From the NCBI GenBank assembly GCA_963725905.1, contig CAVSAG010000003.1:449546-513545 (forward strand): a DNA stretch of 64,000 bases, read 5' to 3'. Below the pieces are notes generated by a model, which saw nothing but the letters and a program-made list of their open reading frames with translations, did not search any database and had not been told where the DNA came from. Numbering within the stretch: position 1 is the stretch's first letter; each line of letters opens with the position of its first letter. Positions 19,076 to 28,503 of this stretch are shown piece by piece. This DNA comes from an uncultured Pseudomonadota bacterium (lineage in GTDB: Bacteria > Myxococcota_A > Polyangia > Fen-1088). A program made the translations under genes and the position numbers.

Positions 19076-20341
19076 TCAGGAGGCGTGCGCGCCGAGCTCG
19101 TCGTCGAACAGCCGCCGCATGAGCGCGGCGGCCTCCACCTTGGCGCCCGCCGCGTGCGGGGCCACCGCCGCGGCGAACTCGGCCGCGCTCTGGAAGCGCT
19201 GCGCGCTGTCGACGGCGAGCGCTCGCTGGAGGATCGGGCCCGCGATGGGCAGCCGATCGAGCCGGGTCAGCTGCACGGGCGTCGGCCCCTGGCCGGCCCG
19301 CCGCAGGTGCTCGAAGCCGCCGTCGGCGCTCTGATAGAGGTGCTCGTCGGTGAGGGCGTGGTGGACGACCAGGCCCAGCGAGAAGAGGTCGGAGCGCGCG
19401 TCGACCGGCTCGCTGCGCGCCTGCTCGGGCGACATGAAGTCGATGTTTCCCTTGACCACGCCCTCCTCGCTCTTGGAGATGCGGCCGATCGACTTGACGA
19501 TGCCGAAGTCGAGCAGCTTCACCTCGCCCCGCTCGGTCAGCATGATGTTGCCGGGCGAGACGTCCCGGTGCACGAGGCCGAGCGGCCTCCCCGTCGCGTC
19601 GCGGAGCGCGTGCGCGTAGGCGAGCGCGTCGAGCACCTCGTGCGCGACGAAGAGCATCAGCTTGCCGTCGAGCGGGCGCCCGAGGCGTTCGACGTGACGC
19701 CGCAGGAGCTGCCCGATGTCGCGTCCCACGACGTACTCCTCGGCCAGGAAGTACTCGTCGCCGACCTTGCCGAAGTCGAACACGGGGACGATGTTGGGGT
19801 GGACCAGCGACGAGCCGAGGTTGGCCTCGTCGATGAACTGCTCGACGGCGTTGCGGCTGCGCGCCAGCTCCGGGCGCAGCCGCTTGATGACGAACAGCCG
19901 GCGAAACCCCTCCGCGCCGTGCAGGACGGCGGTGTAGATGTCGGCCATCCCGCCGCCGTCGATCCGCCGCAAGAGCTTGTAGCGGCCGAACGTCAGCGGC
20001 TCGGAGGCCGGCGAGCGGGGCGTCCCGATCTTCGAGGTGGAGCGCCGGTCCTCCCCGGTCCGTCCGGCACCGCTTCCGATGTAGACGGTCGCGTTGCGGT
20101 GGGTGGCGGTCTCCGCCGTCACCGCTGTCACCGCCGGCACCTCTGTCTTGGGTGCCGCGGCCGCGACGCCGGAGTCAGCGCCGCGACGCCAGAACAGCAC
20201 CGCCGACAGCGTCGAGAGCGCGGCGATAGCGAGCCAGATCCGTGGGTCGTGCGCGTCGACGAACACCGCGCGGGTGGCCGCCGCGGCGGCCGCGATCGCC
20301 GAGACCCAGAGGCCGATCGTCGCTTTGCCTCGAGGGTTCAT
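19076..20341 (-). CDS. Ser/Thr protein kinase with N-terminal membrane segments
   Basis: 421 aa. Two N-terminal hydrophobic helices. Kinase motifs GGGMADIYTA, FVIKRL, HRDVSPGNIML, DFGIVKS, MSPEQ. Confidence 0.85.
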   Translation of the reverse strand: MNPRGKATIGLWVSAIAAAAAATRAVFVDAHDPRIWLAIAALSTLSAVLFWRRGADSGVAAAAPKTEVPAVTAVTAETATHRNATVYIGSGAGRTGEDRRSTSKIGTPRSPASEPLTFGRYKLLRRIDGGGMADIYTAVLHGAEGFRRLFVIKRLRPELARSRNAVEQFIDEANLGSSLVHPNIVPVFDFGKVGDEYFLAEEYVVGRDIGQLLRRHVERLGRPLDGKLMLFVAHEVLDALAYAHALRDATGRPLGLVHRDVSPGNIMLTERGEVKLLDFGIVKSIGRISKSEEGVVKGNIDFMSPEQARSEPVDARSDLFSLGLVVHHALTDEHLYQSADGGFEHLRRAGQGPTPVQLTRLDRLPIAGPILQRALAVDSAQRFQSAAEFAAAVAPHAAGAKVEAAALMRRLFDDELGAHAS

Positions 20342-20440
20342 CTCGCTTCTTCGTCGTGGCGGTCACCGGGGCGGAGCGCCCCTTTCCGCAACGCATAGCA
20401 CCGGTCGACCGAGCGCGGAAGCGATTCGCGTCGCGGCGGC

Positions 20441-21625
20441 TCAGAACTCGATGCGCCCGAAGCCGGTGGTCATCGTGAACCAGAGGCGGCCGCCCGGGTC
20501 GAAGGCGAGGTCGACGGGGAGGGTCTGGTCGGCGAGCTGGATGAACGTCAGCTGACCGTCGGCGGTGACCCGGCCCAGCTGAGCCCGCTCGAACACGGCG
20601 AACCAGAAGCTGCCATCCGGGGCGCGCACGATCGAGCTCCCGCTCTTGTCCGAGGTCGGCGTGGCCGACGCTGGCAGGGGATAGGCCTGAAACGTTCCGT
20701 CGTGCGCCACGTGCCCAACCTCCTGCGGGTCACCGAGCGAGACGAACCAGATCGAACCGTCCGTGTCGGCGGCGAGTCCGGTGGGTGCGTTCGTGTCGCC
20801 GCCGAGGTCGGTCCAGACGAACCCGCTGCCGACGACACGCCCGATTCGTCCCTGCCAGTAATCGCTGACGAAGATCTGACCGTCGCTGGCGACGACCACA
20901 CCCGCGGTGGGTGGGGTCATGGGCACCGGCGTGTTGTCGACCGCCAACACGGAGACCTGAAGCGTCCCGTCGACGCTCCCCACGGCCGGCTGGCTCCCGC
21001 CGGTCACCCAGAAGCCGCCGCGGCCGTCGCTGGCGACGCCGCTCGGACGCGCGAGCGCATCGGGCAACTGCGGCGTTGCTAGGTTATGGGTCACCGTATC
21101 GAACCGGCCCACGCCCGAGAACGAGCCCCCGATGACCATCAGGAGCGCGCCCTGTCCATCGGAGACGAGGCCCCCGCCACCGCCGTTGCCCTCCGGAAGC
21201 AGCTGCACGGCGCCCACCGTGTCGTCCGGCGCGACCCGCAGCAGCTGGTTGGCGGCCCCGAACCAGGGCGCCCCGTCGGTCGCGATCGCGACACCCGCGG
21301 TTTGGTTGCTCAAGTCGCCGGTGAAGCCCAGGTTCGGGTTGAAATAGACAGCGGTCCCTCCCGCGGTGAGTGGGACCCGCTGGATGGTGACCGGGACCGG
21401 CGTGAAACCTGCCTCGCCGCCCGCCCCCGCCCGGCCGCCCGGCTGACCGCCCGGTGAGCTGCCGGCCTGGCCGCCGGTCCCCACCTGACCGCCCGGCGGG
21501 CCGCCCGCCTGACCAGTCATGCCCCCGTCGAGATTGTCGTTGGTGGTGCACGCGCCGAGCGCGAGCGACCCGAACAGAGCGGAGGCAACCACCGCGGACC
21601 TGAACGCCTTGGTTCGATTCAGCAC
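20441..21625 (-). CDS. Lipoprotein with Vgb-like (virginiamycin-B-lyase-type) beta-propeller repeats
   Basis: Listed as 20441..21712; the GTG at 21625 gives the start VLNRTKAFRSAVVASALFGSLALGAC (lipobox). Gly/Pro linker, then repeats such as DGSIWFVSLGDPQEVGHVAHDGTFQAYPLP and DGSFWFAVFERAQLGRVTADGQLTF. Confidence 0.75.
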   Translation of the reverse strand: MLNRTKAFRSAVVASALFGSLALGACTTNDNLDGGMTGQAGGPPGGQVGTGGQAGSSPGGQPGGRAGAGGEAGFTPVPVTIQRVPLTAGGTAVYFNPNLGFTGDLSNQTAGVAIATDGAPWFGAANQLLRVAPDDTVGAVQLLPEGNGGGGGLVSDGQGALLMVIGGSFSGVGRFDTVTHNLATPQLPDALARPSGVASDGRGGFWVTGGSQPAVGSVDGTLQVSVLAVDNTPVPMTPPTAGVVVASDGQIFVSDYWQGRIGRVVGSGFVWTDLGGDTNAPTGLAADTDGSIWFVSLGDPQEVGHVAHDGTFQAYPLPASATPTSDKSGSSIVRAPDGSFWFAVFERAQLGRVTADGQLTFIQLADQTLPVDLAFDPGGRLWFTMTTGFGRIEF

Positions 21626-21752
21626 GCCTGCAATCGTAGCAATTTGTGCGCCCCGGAGTCTGGCCCCGAGAAAGAAAGGTCTTTCGGCCCGCCGGCCCCA
21701 TTGCTGGGCCAAGGATCAGGACATTCCTGTCACGGGTGCGGAGATTCGGCGC

Positions 21753-23477
21753 TCAGCGCGAAAGCGATTCGCGCAGGCGGGCGAGGCGCGCGGCGGCTTC
21801 CGGATCGCCGCCGCTGCTGGTCATGGCCTTGGCCTTGGCCTTGTCGAGCGCGGGAATCGCCTCGGCGCCGTAGATGTCACGGATGGCGCGCGCGGCGCTC
21901 CGACTGGCGGTCGGATGCGCGGCGGCGGCGAGCAGATCGGTGAGCATCTGGGGGTCGCCGCGACAGGTTGAATCGACACCGGCGGCCCGCACGTATCTGT
22001 CGACGGAGTCGCTGTACCAATCGAGCCCGGCGTAAGCGTGTCCGAGCAGCAGCCAGGGGCGCGGGTCGCCGCGATTTTCGTTCGCGAACTCGTACACCGG
22101 GGCCAGCGCCCGCTGGCTGAGGTGCGCGCCGCGATTGAGGCGGTCGCGGATCGACTTGAGAGCGCGCGGGAGCGGCGCGCGCCAGGGGTTGCGGGCACGC
22201 GGCCGCGCCGGACGTTCGGTTTTCGGCGGCCCGGGCTCGGCCGACGGCGCTTCGTTGTCCGCTGGCGCTTGGGCGTGCGCCTCCGTCGGCGGCTTGCTCG
22301 GCGCAGGCTTCGGCGTCGCCGGCGCCGCCAGCTTGGCCGGCGCCGGTTCCGAGGAGAGCGCGCGCTTGGGCGGCGGCTCGGCGGGCCGCGCGGCGGTCTC
22401 GATCGGCGTCGCCCGTTCACGCCGCAGAACCACCGCCGCGGCCGCGATTCCCGCCGCGAGCGTGACCACCGTGATTGCGCGGCGCCCGAAATGCGCGCCC
22501 GACGGCGAGGCGCCGCGCGCACCAGCGGGGGTCGGTTTGCCGCGCGTGACGGCGCTGCGGGCGATCGCGGCCGCGACCTGCCGGCGGGCCACGACCGCCT
22601 CCAGCCCCGCCAGCATCGCCCCCGCGTCCTCGAATCGCTCGGCCGGCTTCTTCGCCATCGCGCGCTCGATGAACCGCTGGAACAGTCGCGCGGCCGGAAC
22701 CCTGGGCCGCACCTTCGCCAGTGAGGGAACCGGCTGCGTGAGGTGCGCCCCCATGTAGCCCTCGTAGGTGTCGGCGACGAACGGACGCCGACCGGCGAGC
22801 AGCTCGAAGAGCAGGATGCCGGCCGCGTACACGTCGCTGCGCGCATCCACCGCCCCCGCCTTCACCTGCTCGGGGGACATGTACGCGGGCGTGCCGAACA
22901 CGACCCCGGCGCGCGTCAGGTTCTCGGGCACGGTGCGCGAGCTCGAGCCCTCGAGAAACTTCGCCATCCCGAAGTCGAGCAGCCGCACGTGATCCGCCTG
23001 GTCCGGCAGCTCCTGCAGGAACACGTTGGCCGGTTTGAGATCGCGGTGGACGATCCCCTTGCCGTGCGCGAAGGCGAGCCCGCGCAGCGTCTGGCGGACG
23101 ATGTCCAGCGTTCGCGCGAGCGGCAGCGGTCCTGGCACTTCCTTGATCAGCTCCCCCAGCGTCTTGCCCTGCAGGAGCTCCATCACCAGAAACGGCACGC
23201 CGCCGTCGATCCCGAAGTCCGTCACCGGAACGACGTTGGGATGCGCCAGCGCCGACAGCGCCTTCGCCTCGCGCTCGAACCGCCGCCGCCACTCCGGAAT
23301 GCCGGCCGCATCCTGGTGCAGCACCTTGATCGCCACGAACCGCCCGAGGTGCGTCTGGCGCCCCCGGTAGACGACGCCGACGCCGCCCTCGCCGAGGCGC
23401 CCCAGCACCTCGTAGCGGGCGTCGAGGATCCGTCCGATGAGCGGATCGGGATCGGTCTTGGACAGATCTACGCCCAC
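21753..23477 (-). CDS. Ser/Thr protein kinase with TM segment and C-terminal helical (TPR-like) domain
   Basis: 574 aa. GEGGVGVVYRG, VAIKVL, HRDLKPANVFL, DFGMAKF, MSPEQ. TM helix ITVVTLAAGIAAAAVVL. Pro/Ala-rich spacer and a C-terminal helical domain. Confidence 0.9.
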   Translation of the reverse strand: MGVDLSKTDPDPLIGRILDARYEVLGRLGEGGVGVVYRGRQTHLGRFVAIKVLHQDAAGIPEWRRRFEREAKALSALAHPNVVPVTDFGIDGGVPFLVMELLQGKTLGELIKEVPGPLPLARTLDIVRQTLRGLAFAHGKGIVHRDLKPANVFLQELPDQADHVRLLDFGMAKFLEGSSSRTVPENLTRAGVVFGTPAYMSPEQVKAGAVDARSDVYAAGILLFELLAGRRPFVADTYEGYMGAHLTQPVPSLAKVRPRVPAARLFQRFIERAMAKKPAERFEDAGAMLAGLEAVVARRQVAAAIARSAVTRGKPTPAGARGASPSGAHFGRRAITVVTLAAGIAAAAVVLRRERATPIETAARPAEPPPKRALSSEPAPAKLAAPATPKPAPSKPPTEAHAQAPADNEAPSAEPGPPKTERPARPRARNPWRAPLPRALKSIRDRLNRGAHLSQRALAPVYEFANENRGDPRPWLLLGHAYAGLDWYSDSVDRYVRAAGVDSTCRGDPQMLTDLLAAAAHPTASRSAARAIRDIYGAEAIPALDKAKAKAMTSSGGDPEAAARLARLRESLSR

Positions 23478-23513
23478 GGGACGCGACTATAGCGCGGGCG
23501 CGCGAGCTCCGGC

Positions 23514-23873
23514 TCAGTTCGCGGCCGGCGGCGGGATGCGGAACCACAGGGTGCGCGGCGCGTGGCAGCGCCGGCAGACGAGCGCGATTTCGCGCAAGAC
23601 ACCGCGGGCGCTGGAGGTCGCGCGGTCGCCGCGCATCTCGAGCTCGGCGCCGCACTGGATGCAGGGCGTGGCGCGGGCCGCTCCCTCGACGACGGAGGCT
23701 GACGTGACGTCGATGGGTTGGTCGGGCGAGGCGCCCGGCAGCTCGCGCGCGAGCTGCTCGGTGTGACGGACCTGCTTGCGCAGCTCGCGGGCGTGCGCGC
23801 GTTGCGCGCGGCGGGGACGAGGCGGGCGGGCCACGGGTTCTTGTCGCACGTTACCGCGCGCCCGTCGGAGCAT
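23514..23873 (-). CDS. Small basic protein with C-terminal zinc ribbon (hypothetical)
   Basis: Last 119 codons of the listed 23514..24362(-) ORF, from the ATG at 23873. MLRRARGNVRQEP...CIQCGAELEM...VCRRCHAPRTLWF (CxxC-N29-CxxC). Ends 36 nt upstream of the kinase gene on the same strand. Confidence 0.45.
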   Translation of the reverse strand: MLRRARGNVRQEPVARPPRPRRAQRAHARELRKQVRHTEQLARELPGASPDQPIDVTSASVVEGAARATPCIQCGAELEMRGDRATSSARGVLREIALVCRRCHAPRTLWFRIPPPAAN

Positions 23874-23961
23874 CCATGTCGCGACGCGAACCTGACGCGG
23901 TCCGAAGCCCGTCCGGTGGAAGCGCTGGAGCTGGCGCGCGGGACCCTCTATCATCCGGCTC

Positions 23962-24777
23962 TTGCTTCGGCTGCCCCCGCATCTGTCGCTGCCCCTGGCG
24001 CTCGCCGTCTGGGTCGTCCCGATCTCGGGCGTCGCCGCGTCGGCCAAGCCGTCGCTGTCCAACTGGACGGCGGCCAAGCACGGCAAGGTCCTGGTGCCGG
24101 CGAAGGCGCCCGCGCCGAAGGCAGCCGCGCCGAAGGCAGCCGCGGCGAAGGCGCCCGCGGCGAAGGCGCCTGCGCCCGCGCCGCGGCCCGCCGCCGCGTC
24201 GCGGCCTACGGCCGCCGCCAGCGCTGGCACGAAGTCCAAGTCGAAATCGGAAGGCCCCGCTGTCGAAGGCCGGATCGCGGTGTTCGGCTTCACGGGTGAG
24301 GGCGCCGCGCGTGTCCAGCAGGTGGTCGTCAGCACGCTGCGCATGCGCGGGCTGCAGGTCACGACGACGCTGCGCCCGGTCGACAGCGCCGAGCAATTTC
24401 GCGAGATGGCTGCGACGCTGCGGCTCGCCGCCTACATCGAGGGGTCGGTCGGCGGCGCCGGGCCGCGCGGGCAGGCGACCGTGCACCTCCGCAGCGGCGT
24501 CACCGGACGGCGGATCGCCTCGGTCCATTTCTCCGGCGAGCGCGGCGCGCTGGCTGACGACGTCGGCAACGGGCTCTGGCCGCGGACCGGCGGCCAGCTC
24601 GCGCGCCTCTGCGCCGAGGCCAACAAGCCGCGCAAGGGTGGGCGGCGCGTGATGCGCATCGACGCGGGCACGCCGCTCGAGGCCACCGCGCCCGACGACT
24701 ACATCCCGCCGCACCTGCGCAACGAGCCTCCCAAGGGCCGCCAAAAGGACAATCCCTGGGCCGACGAAGGAACCTAG
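23962..24777 (+). CDS. Hypothetical exported protein with (A/P/K)-rich repeat region
   Basis: 271 aa. Signal-like N-terminus LSLPLALAVWVVPISGVAASA, a PAKAPAPKAAAPKAAAAKAPAAKAPAP low-complexity stretch, then a globular C-terminal half (GRIAVFGFTGEGAARVQQVVVSTLRMRG). Confidence 0.6.
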   Translation: MLRLPPHLSLPLALAVWVVPISGVAASAKPSLSNWTAAKHGKVLVPAKAPAPKAAAPKAAAAKAPAAKAPAPAPRPAAASRPTAAASAGTKSKSKSEGPAVEGRIAVFGFTGEGAARVQQVVVSTLRMRGLQVTTTLRPVDSAEQFREMAATLRLAAYIEGSVGGAGPRGQATVHLRSGVTGRRIASVHFSGERGALADDVGNGLWPRTGGQLARLCAEANKPRKGGRRVMRIDAGTPLEATAPDDYIPPHLRNEPPKGRQKDNPWADEGT

Positions 24778-24936
24778 CCGAATCCTTCGGCGTGGCCGCC
24801 GCCTCCGAGCGGCCGTAGACGATTCGGAGCGCGGCTCGGCCGCTCGCGCTGACAGCGACGTATCGTCGGGGAAGGCGGCGGCTATCCCACGGCCCGCAGC
24901 TTGCGCCGGGAATGGGAGTTGCAGAACGAGGCTCGC

Positions 24937-25719
24937 ATGAGAATCGGGTCGAGGGGAGCGACGAAGCGCGGGAGGGTGTTCGTTGCGGCGCTCGCCTGCC
25001 TCGCGGGCGGCTGCGCGACGGTGGACGACGGGCGCTACGGCGTGCCGGTCGATGCGGCGAACCGGCCGCAATCGGCGGCGGCACCGCAGCCGCTGATGGT
25101 CAGCGCCAGCGAGGCGGCGAGCTACTCGACCACTTACATGGGGCTGGTCGAGGTCACGTTCGAAAACCGTACATCTGTCTGGAAACAGGTCGACCACGTG
25201 GCGGTGGACTTCGGCAGCCCGGCCAAAAACCAGAGCGTCACGATCGCCTCGGCAGACGACATCGACGTCTGGGAGCGGGCGCTCGCGCTCAGCAGCGCGG
25301 TCACGCGCTGGCCCCTCGCCGCCACCGGGATAGAAGCGCTGGGGCTGGACGCCGGCGACACGCTCGGTGCCTGGGCCGGTCACCGCCGTCGGGCGTCGAC
25401 CGCAGGCGCCGGCGGCGCGCCGGACGTGGCCGCCCTCGAGCCGAGCGCCGTCCCGACGACGTCGTCCTACCCGGACCAGCACCTTCTCACCACGCCGATC
25501 CGCATCCCTCCGGGGCTGTTCACGAAGCGCTGGATCCTGCTCACCACGCCCGCCAACCCGCCCGGCGGCTGCATCGATTCGATGATCCTCAGCTACGAGA
25601 CCAGCGATCACGCGACCGGCCGGGTGAGCCTGACGTTCAAGATCCGCGGGACCGCCTGGCAGGGGCCGGCGTGCCCGATCTCGACCATCGACTACAACCG
25701 CTCGCTTCCGATGAACTAG
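24937..25719 (+). CDS. Lipoprotein (hypothetical)
   Basis: Listed as 24901..25719; the ATG at 24937 gives MRIGSRGATKRGRVFVAALACLAGGC (lipobox). Globular remainder. No family recognised. Confidence 0.65.
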   Translation: MRIGSRGATKRGRVFVAALACLAGGCATVDDGRYGVPVDAANRPQSAAAPQPLMVSASEAASYSTTYMGLVEVTFENRTSVWKQVDHVAVDFGSPAKNQSVTIASADDIDVWERALALSSAVTRWPLAATGIEALGLDAGDTLGAWAGHRRRASTAGAGGAPDVAALEPSAVPTTSSYPDQHLLTTPIRIPPGLFTKRWILLTTPANPPGGCIDSMILSYETSDHATGRVSLTFKIRGTAWQGPACPISTIDYNRSLPMN

Positions 25720-25835
25720 CCCCGGCGAGGCGGAAAACGGCCGATGGGTCGGGCAACCATTCTCCGAGTACTTCGTTCGCCTCGTGGCATCCACCTCTTA
25801 TGGCGCGCCGCGCGCGCGTCGAAGGAGAGACCGAC

Positions 25836-26222
25836 ATGAATAGACGTGAATTCGTGAACCTGACCACCGGAACCGTGATCGCCCTGGGGGGCTCGCTGTT
25901 TCTCGTGTCCTGCGGAAACGACAACGGCACGTCCAGCGGCGACAGTCCCGCGGCGCCGCCGCAGCAGAGCGGCACCCAGATCGTCTACACGACCAGTTTC
26001 GTCGGCGAGCACTCCCATACGTTCGGGGTCGAGACGTCGGCGTTCACCGCGCCCCCCACGGACGGCGTCATGGGCTCGACGAGCAACGACGCGGGGCACA
26101 TGCACACGGTCGCGATCTCCATGACCGACCTGCAGAACGTCGGCGCCGGCCAGACGGTCAGGGTGACGACCGGGCTAGACAGCGGCCACACGCACGTGCT
26201 GACGCTCGTGAAGCTCGCGTGA
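25836..26222 (+). CDS. Small Tat-signal lipoprotein with three H-x-H motifs (hypothetical metal-binding)
   Basis: Tail of the listed 24912..26222 ORF. GAAGGAGAGA Shine-Dalgarno 6 nt before the ATG at 25836. MNRREFVNLTTGTVIALGGSLFLVSC (RR motif plus lipobox). EHSHTF, GHMHTV and GHTHVL are spaced about 35-40 aa apart. Confidence 0.7.
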   Translation: MNRREFVNLTTGTVIALGGSLFLVSCGNDNGTSSGDSPAAPPQQSGTQIVYTTSFVGEHSHTFGVETSAFTAPPTDGVMGSTSNDAGHMHTVAISMTDLQNVGAGQTVRVTTGLDSGHTHVLTLVKLA

Positions 26223-26269
26223 GTCGCTGACGCGCTTCACGACCCGCGACGAAACAGCTGCTCTGACGC

Positions 26270-26662
26270 CTACCACTTCTTCAGCTGCGACACCTGCACC
26301 AGGTTCCCGCAGCCGTCTCGCAGGATCGCGACCTTCGCGTACCCCAGGTCCTTGGGCGGCTCGGTGAACTCCGCCCCGCGCCCCTTCATGCGGTCGTAGT
26401 CGGCCTGCACGTCGTCGCTGAAGAACATGGTCGCGGTCTGGTTCTGCTGGAACTTCGCCTGCTGGTAGGCCTTGTCGGCCGGGGCGCTGTTGAGCGCCAG
26501 CTGCAGCTCGGTCCCCTCCGGCTCCTCGGCCGAGGCGACGGTCAGCCAGCGGTACCCACCGTTGGTCATGTCCGCCTTCTTCACGAAGCCGAGCACCTCC
26601 GTGTAAAAGCGCAGCGCCCGGTCCTGGTCATCGACATACACGGTCGTCAGTTTGATCTTCAT
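26270..26662 (-). CDS. VOC/glyoxalase-bleomycin-resistance family protein
   Basis: 130 aa. MKIKLTTVYVDDQDRALRFYTEVLGFVKK...GAEFTEPPKDLGYAKVAILRDGCGNLVQVSQ. Typical paired beta-alpha-beta-beta-beta VOC fold sequence. Confidence 0.9.
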   Translation of the reverse strand: MKIKLTTVYVDDQDRALRFYTEVLGFVKKADMTNGGYRWLTVASAEEPEGTELQLALNSAPADKAYQQAKFQQNQTATMFFSDDVQADYDRMKGRGAEFTEPPKDLGYAKVAILRDGCGNLVQVSQLKKW

Positions 26663-26717
26663 TGGCTCCTCCTGGCTTGATGACGAAACCCAACTCCAGA
26701 ATGTGACCGACTGAAAC

Positions 26718-27613
26718 TCAGCCGATCTCGATATCGAGCGCGCCGAGCTGATCGTCGTCCATGATCAGGTCGATGCCGGTGATCTTGCCGCCCACGATCG
26801 TGAACACGAACGCCGAGCGCACCTGATCGCGCACCGCCCAAACCGCCCCCGGCTGGCCGTCGATGAGCGCGGGCAGCGCGGCGGTCGCGCGGCCCTGGAA
26901 GGCGTGCGCGACCTCGGCGGCGCCCCGCATCTCGGGCGCGAGGGCGGGGCCGCCCCGGTCCCGGTAGGCCGCCGCCACGCGCACGGAGGTGGCGTCGGCG
27001 CGCAGCACGGCGTCGGGCGACAGCACCGCCAGCAGGCGATCGAAGTCGCCGTCGCGGGAGGCGGCCAGAAAAGCGCCGACCAGCTCGCGGTGTTGCGCGA
27101 CGTCGGTGGGGGGAGGGCGGCGCCGCGGACGCGGCGGCGGGCGCGGCTGGCGAGCTGGCGGGCGGCCGCCGGCGTGCGCTCGACGATGGGCGCGATCTCT
27201 TCGAACGAGAGGTCGAACATGTCGTGCAGCACGAACGCGACGCGCTCCTGCGGCGCCAGCATGTCGAGGACGACCAGCAACGCGGGGCCGATCGCGTCGG
27301 CGAAGGCCACCTCGGACTCGGGGGTGGCGCCCGCCGGCAGCGCGTCGGCGTCCGGCCCCAGCGGCTGCTCGCCGCGCGCGCGGCGCGCGCGCAGCATGTC
27401 CAGGCAGACGCGCGCGACGACGGTGGTCAGCCAGCCGCCGAGGTTCTCGACGCCGGACGTCTCCGCGCGGCTGACCTTCAGCCAGGCCTCCTGCACGGCG
27501 TCGTCCGCCTCGCCGGCGGCGCCCAGCATCCGCAGCGCCACCGCCCGCAGGTGCGGGCGGCTGTCGTCGAACCGTTTGGCCAACCAGTCGTTGTCCTTCT
27601 CTTGGTCGTCCAT
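26718..27613 (-). pseudogene. SigJ-type ECF sigma factor (sigma2-sigma4 plus SnoaL-like C-terminal domain) with a 1-nt frameshift in a G6/C6 run
   Basis: The listed ORF 26765..27613 is good through ...RQLASRARRRVRGAA and then turns to junk. The SnoaL-like domain (PPTDVAQHRELVGAFLAASRDGDFDRLLAVLSPDAVLRADA...GKITGIDLIMD) is the tail of the listed ORF 26718..28121, in another frame. The frames switch at the homopolymer at 27108-27113; seven C's instead of six would restore one ORF. Confidence 0.8.
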
Positions 27614-27828
27614 CGCTTGCTCCCTCTACCAAACTACCTCCCTGACGGATCGGCGCGCGGGAATGTGACCGATGGGTGCCCGCGAGGCCCGGCGTAAGAT
27701 GGCGGTGGTGCCTGATCGCAAGCGCCTCGGGTGTTGGTTCGCTCGCTGCGCTGCCAGCATGCTTTTGGTGGTGGGGGCGAGATCCGCGCGCGCCGAGCCA
27801 GCCGAAGGCTACGCGATCTGAATGGCGG

Positions 27829-28039
27829 ATGAGGCGCCTCGAGGTGGCGGTGACGGTGGCTCTGGCGACGCTGGCCCTCGGCGGCTGCGCGACGACGAGC
27901 GGGACCGAATCGGCGAACGACAAGATGTATGGCGGCGGCGACGGGACGAGCTGCGCGCAGGCGGTCGTCGTCCACGCGCAGAACGAGTTCGCCGGAGGCA
28001 GCGTCCAGGGAGGCGCGCGCCAAGGTATCATTCGACCCA
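27829..28039 (+). pseudogene. Possible truncated lipoprotein gene fragment
   Basis: MRRLEVAVTVALATLALGGCATTSGTESANDKMYGGGDGTSCAQAVVVHAQNEFAG is a convincing lipoprotein start. After about 27990 the frame becomes Arg/Gly-rich and runs 275 nt into the next gene. I read it as a remnant. Confidence 0.3.
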
Positions 28040-28456
28040 ATGAGCGTCCGCGCGCCGCTGCTCGGAGGTCTCCTGCTGGCGGCGGTTGTCTCCTGTCTGA
28101 CGCCCCCGGCGCAGCCCGCAAAGGCGCCGGCCCCCCCCGAGCCTTCGAAGCCGGCCCTCAGCGGCGAATTGGATCCGCCGGCAGTCGCCAAGTACATCCG
28201 TTCACAACTACTCAACGTCAAGGCCTGCTACGAATCGGCACTCAAGACAGACCCGATGCTCGTCGGCAGAGTCGACACGCACTGGACCATCGATGTCGAC
28301 GGAGTCCCACGTAACGTCGCTGTCGAGTCTAACTCCATGCAGTCTTCGGCCGTGGCCGACTGCGTACGGGCCCTCATCGAAGAATGGCGTTTCCCGAAAC
28401 CGGCGGGCGGCAGCGTAGAGGTCAGCTTTCCCTTCGTGTTTCAGTCCCACAAGTGA
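28040..28456 (+). CDS. AgmX/PglI C-terminal-domain protein (TonB-C-like fold family)
   Basis: ATG at 28040, inside the listed 27929..28456 ORF. Signal MSVRAPLLGGLLLAAVVSC and a Pro/Ala linker. Domain: IRSQLLNVKACYESALKTDPMLVGRVDTHWTIDVDGVPRNVAVESNSMQSSAVADCVRALIEEWRFPKPAGGSVEVSFPFVF. Confidence 0.75.
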   Translation: MSVRAPLLGGLLLAAVVSCLTPPAQPAKAPAPPEPSKPALSGELDPPAVAKYIRSQLLNVKACYESALKTDPMLVGRVDTHWTIDVDGVPRNVAVESNSMQSSAVADCVRALIEEWRFPKPAGGSVEVSFPFVFQSHK

Positions 28457-28503
28457 CGCGTCAGGGCTCGGTTCCGTGCGGGTGACGAAGACACGCGTGG
28501 CGG

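Noticed and set aside
23851-25794. A 647-aa minus-strand ORF, and other long ORFs across 23.9-26.2 kb (23876..24652, 24912..26222 N-terminal part).
   Set aside because: They are Arg/Pro-rich and antisense or off-frame to three + strand genes that have proper signal peptides and balanced composition.
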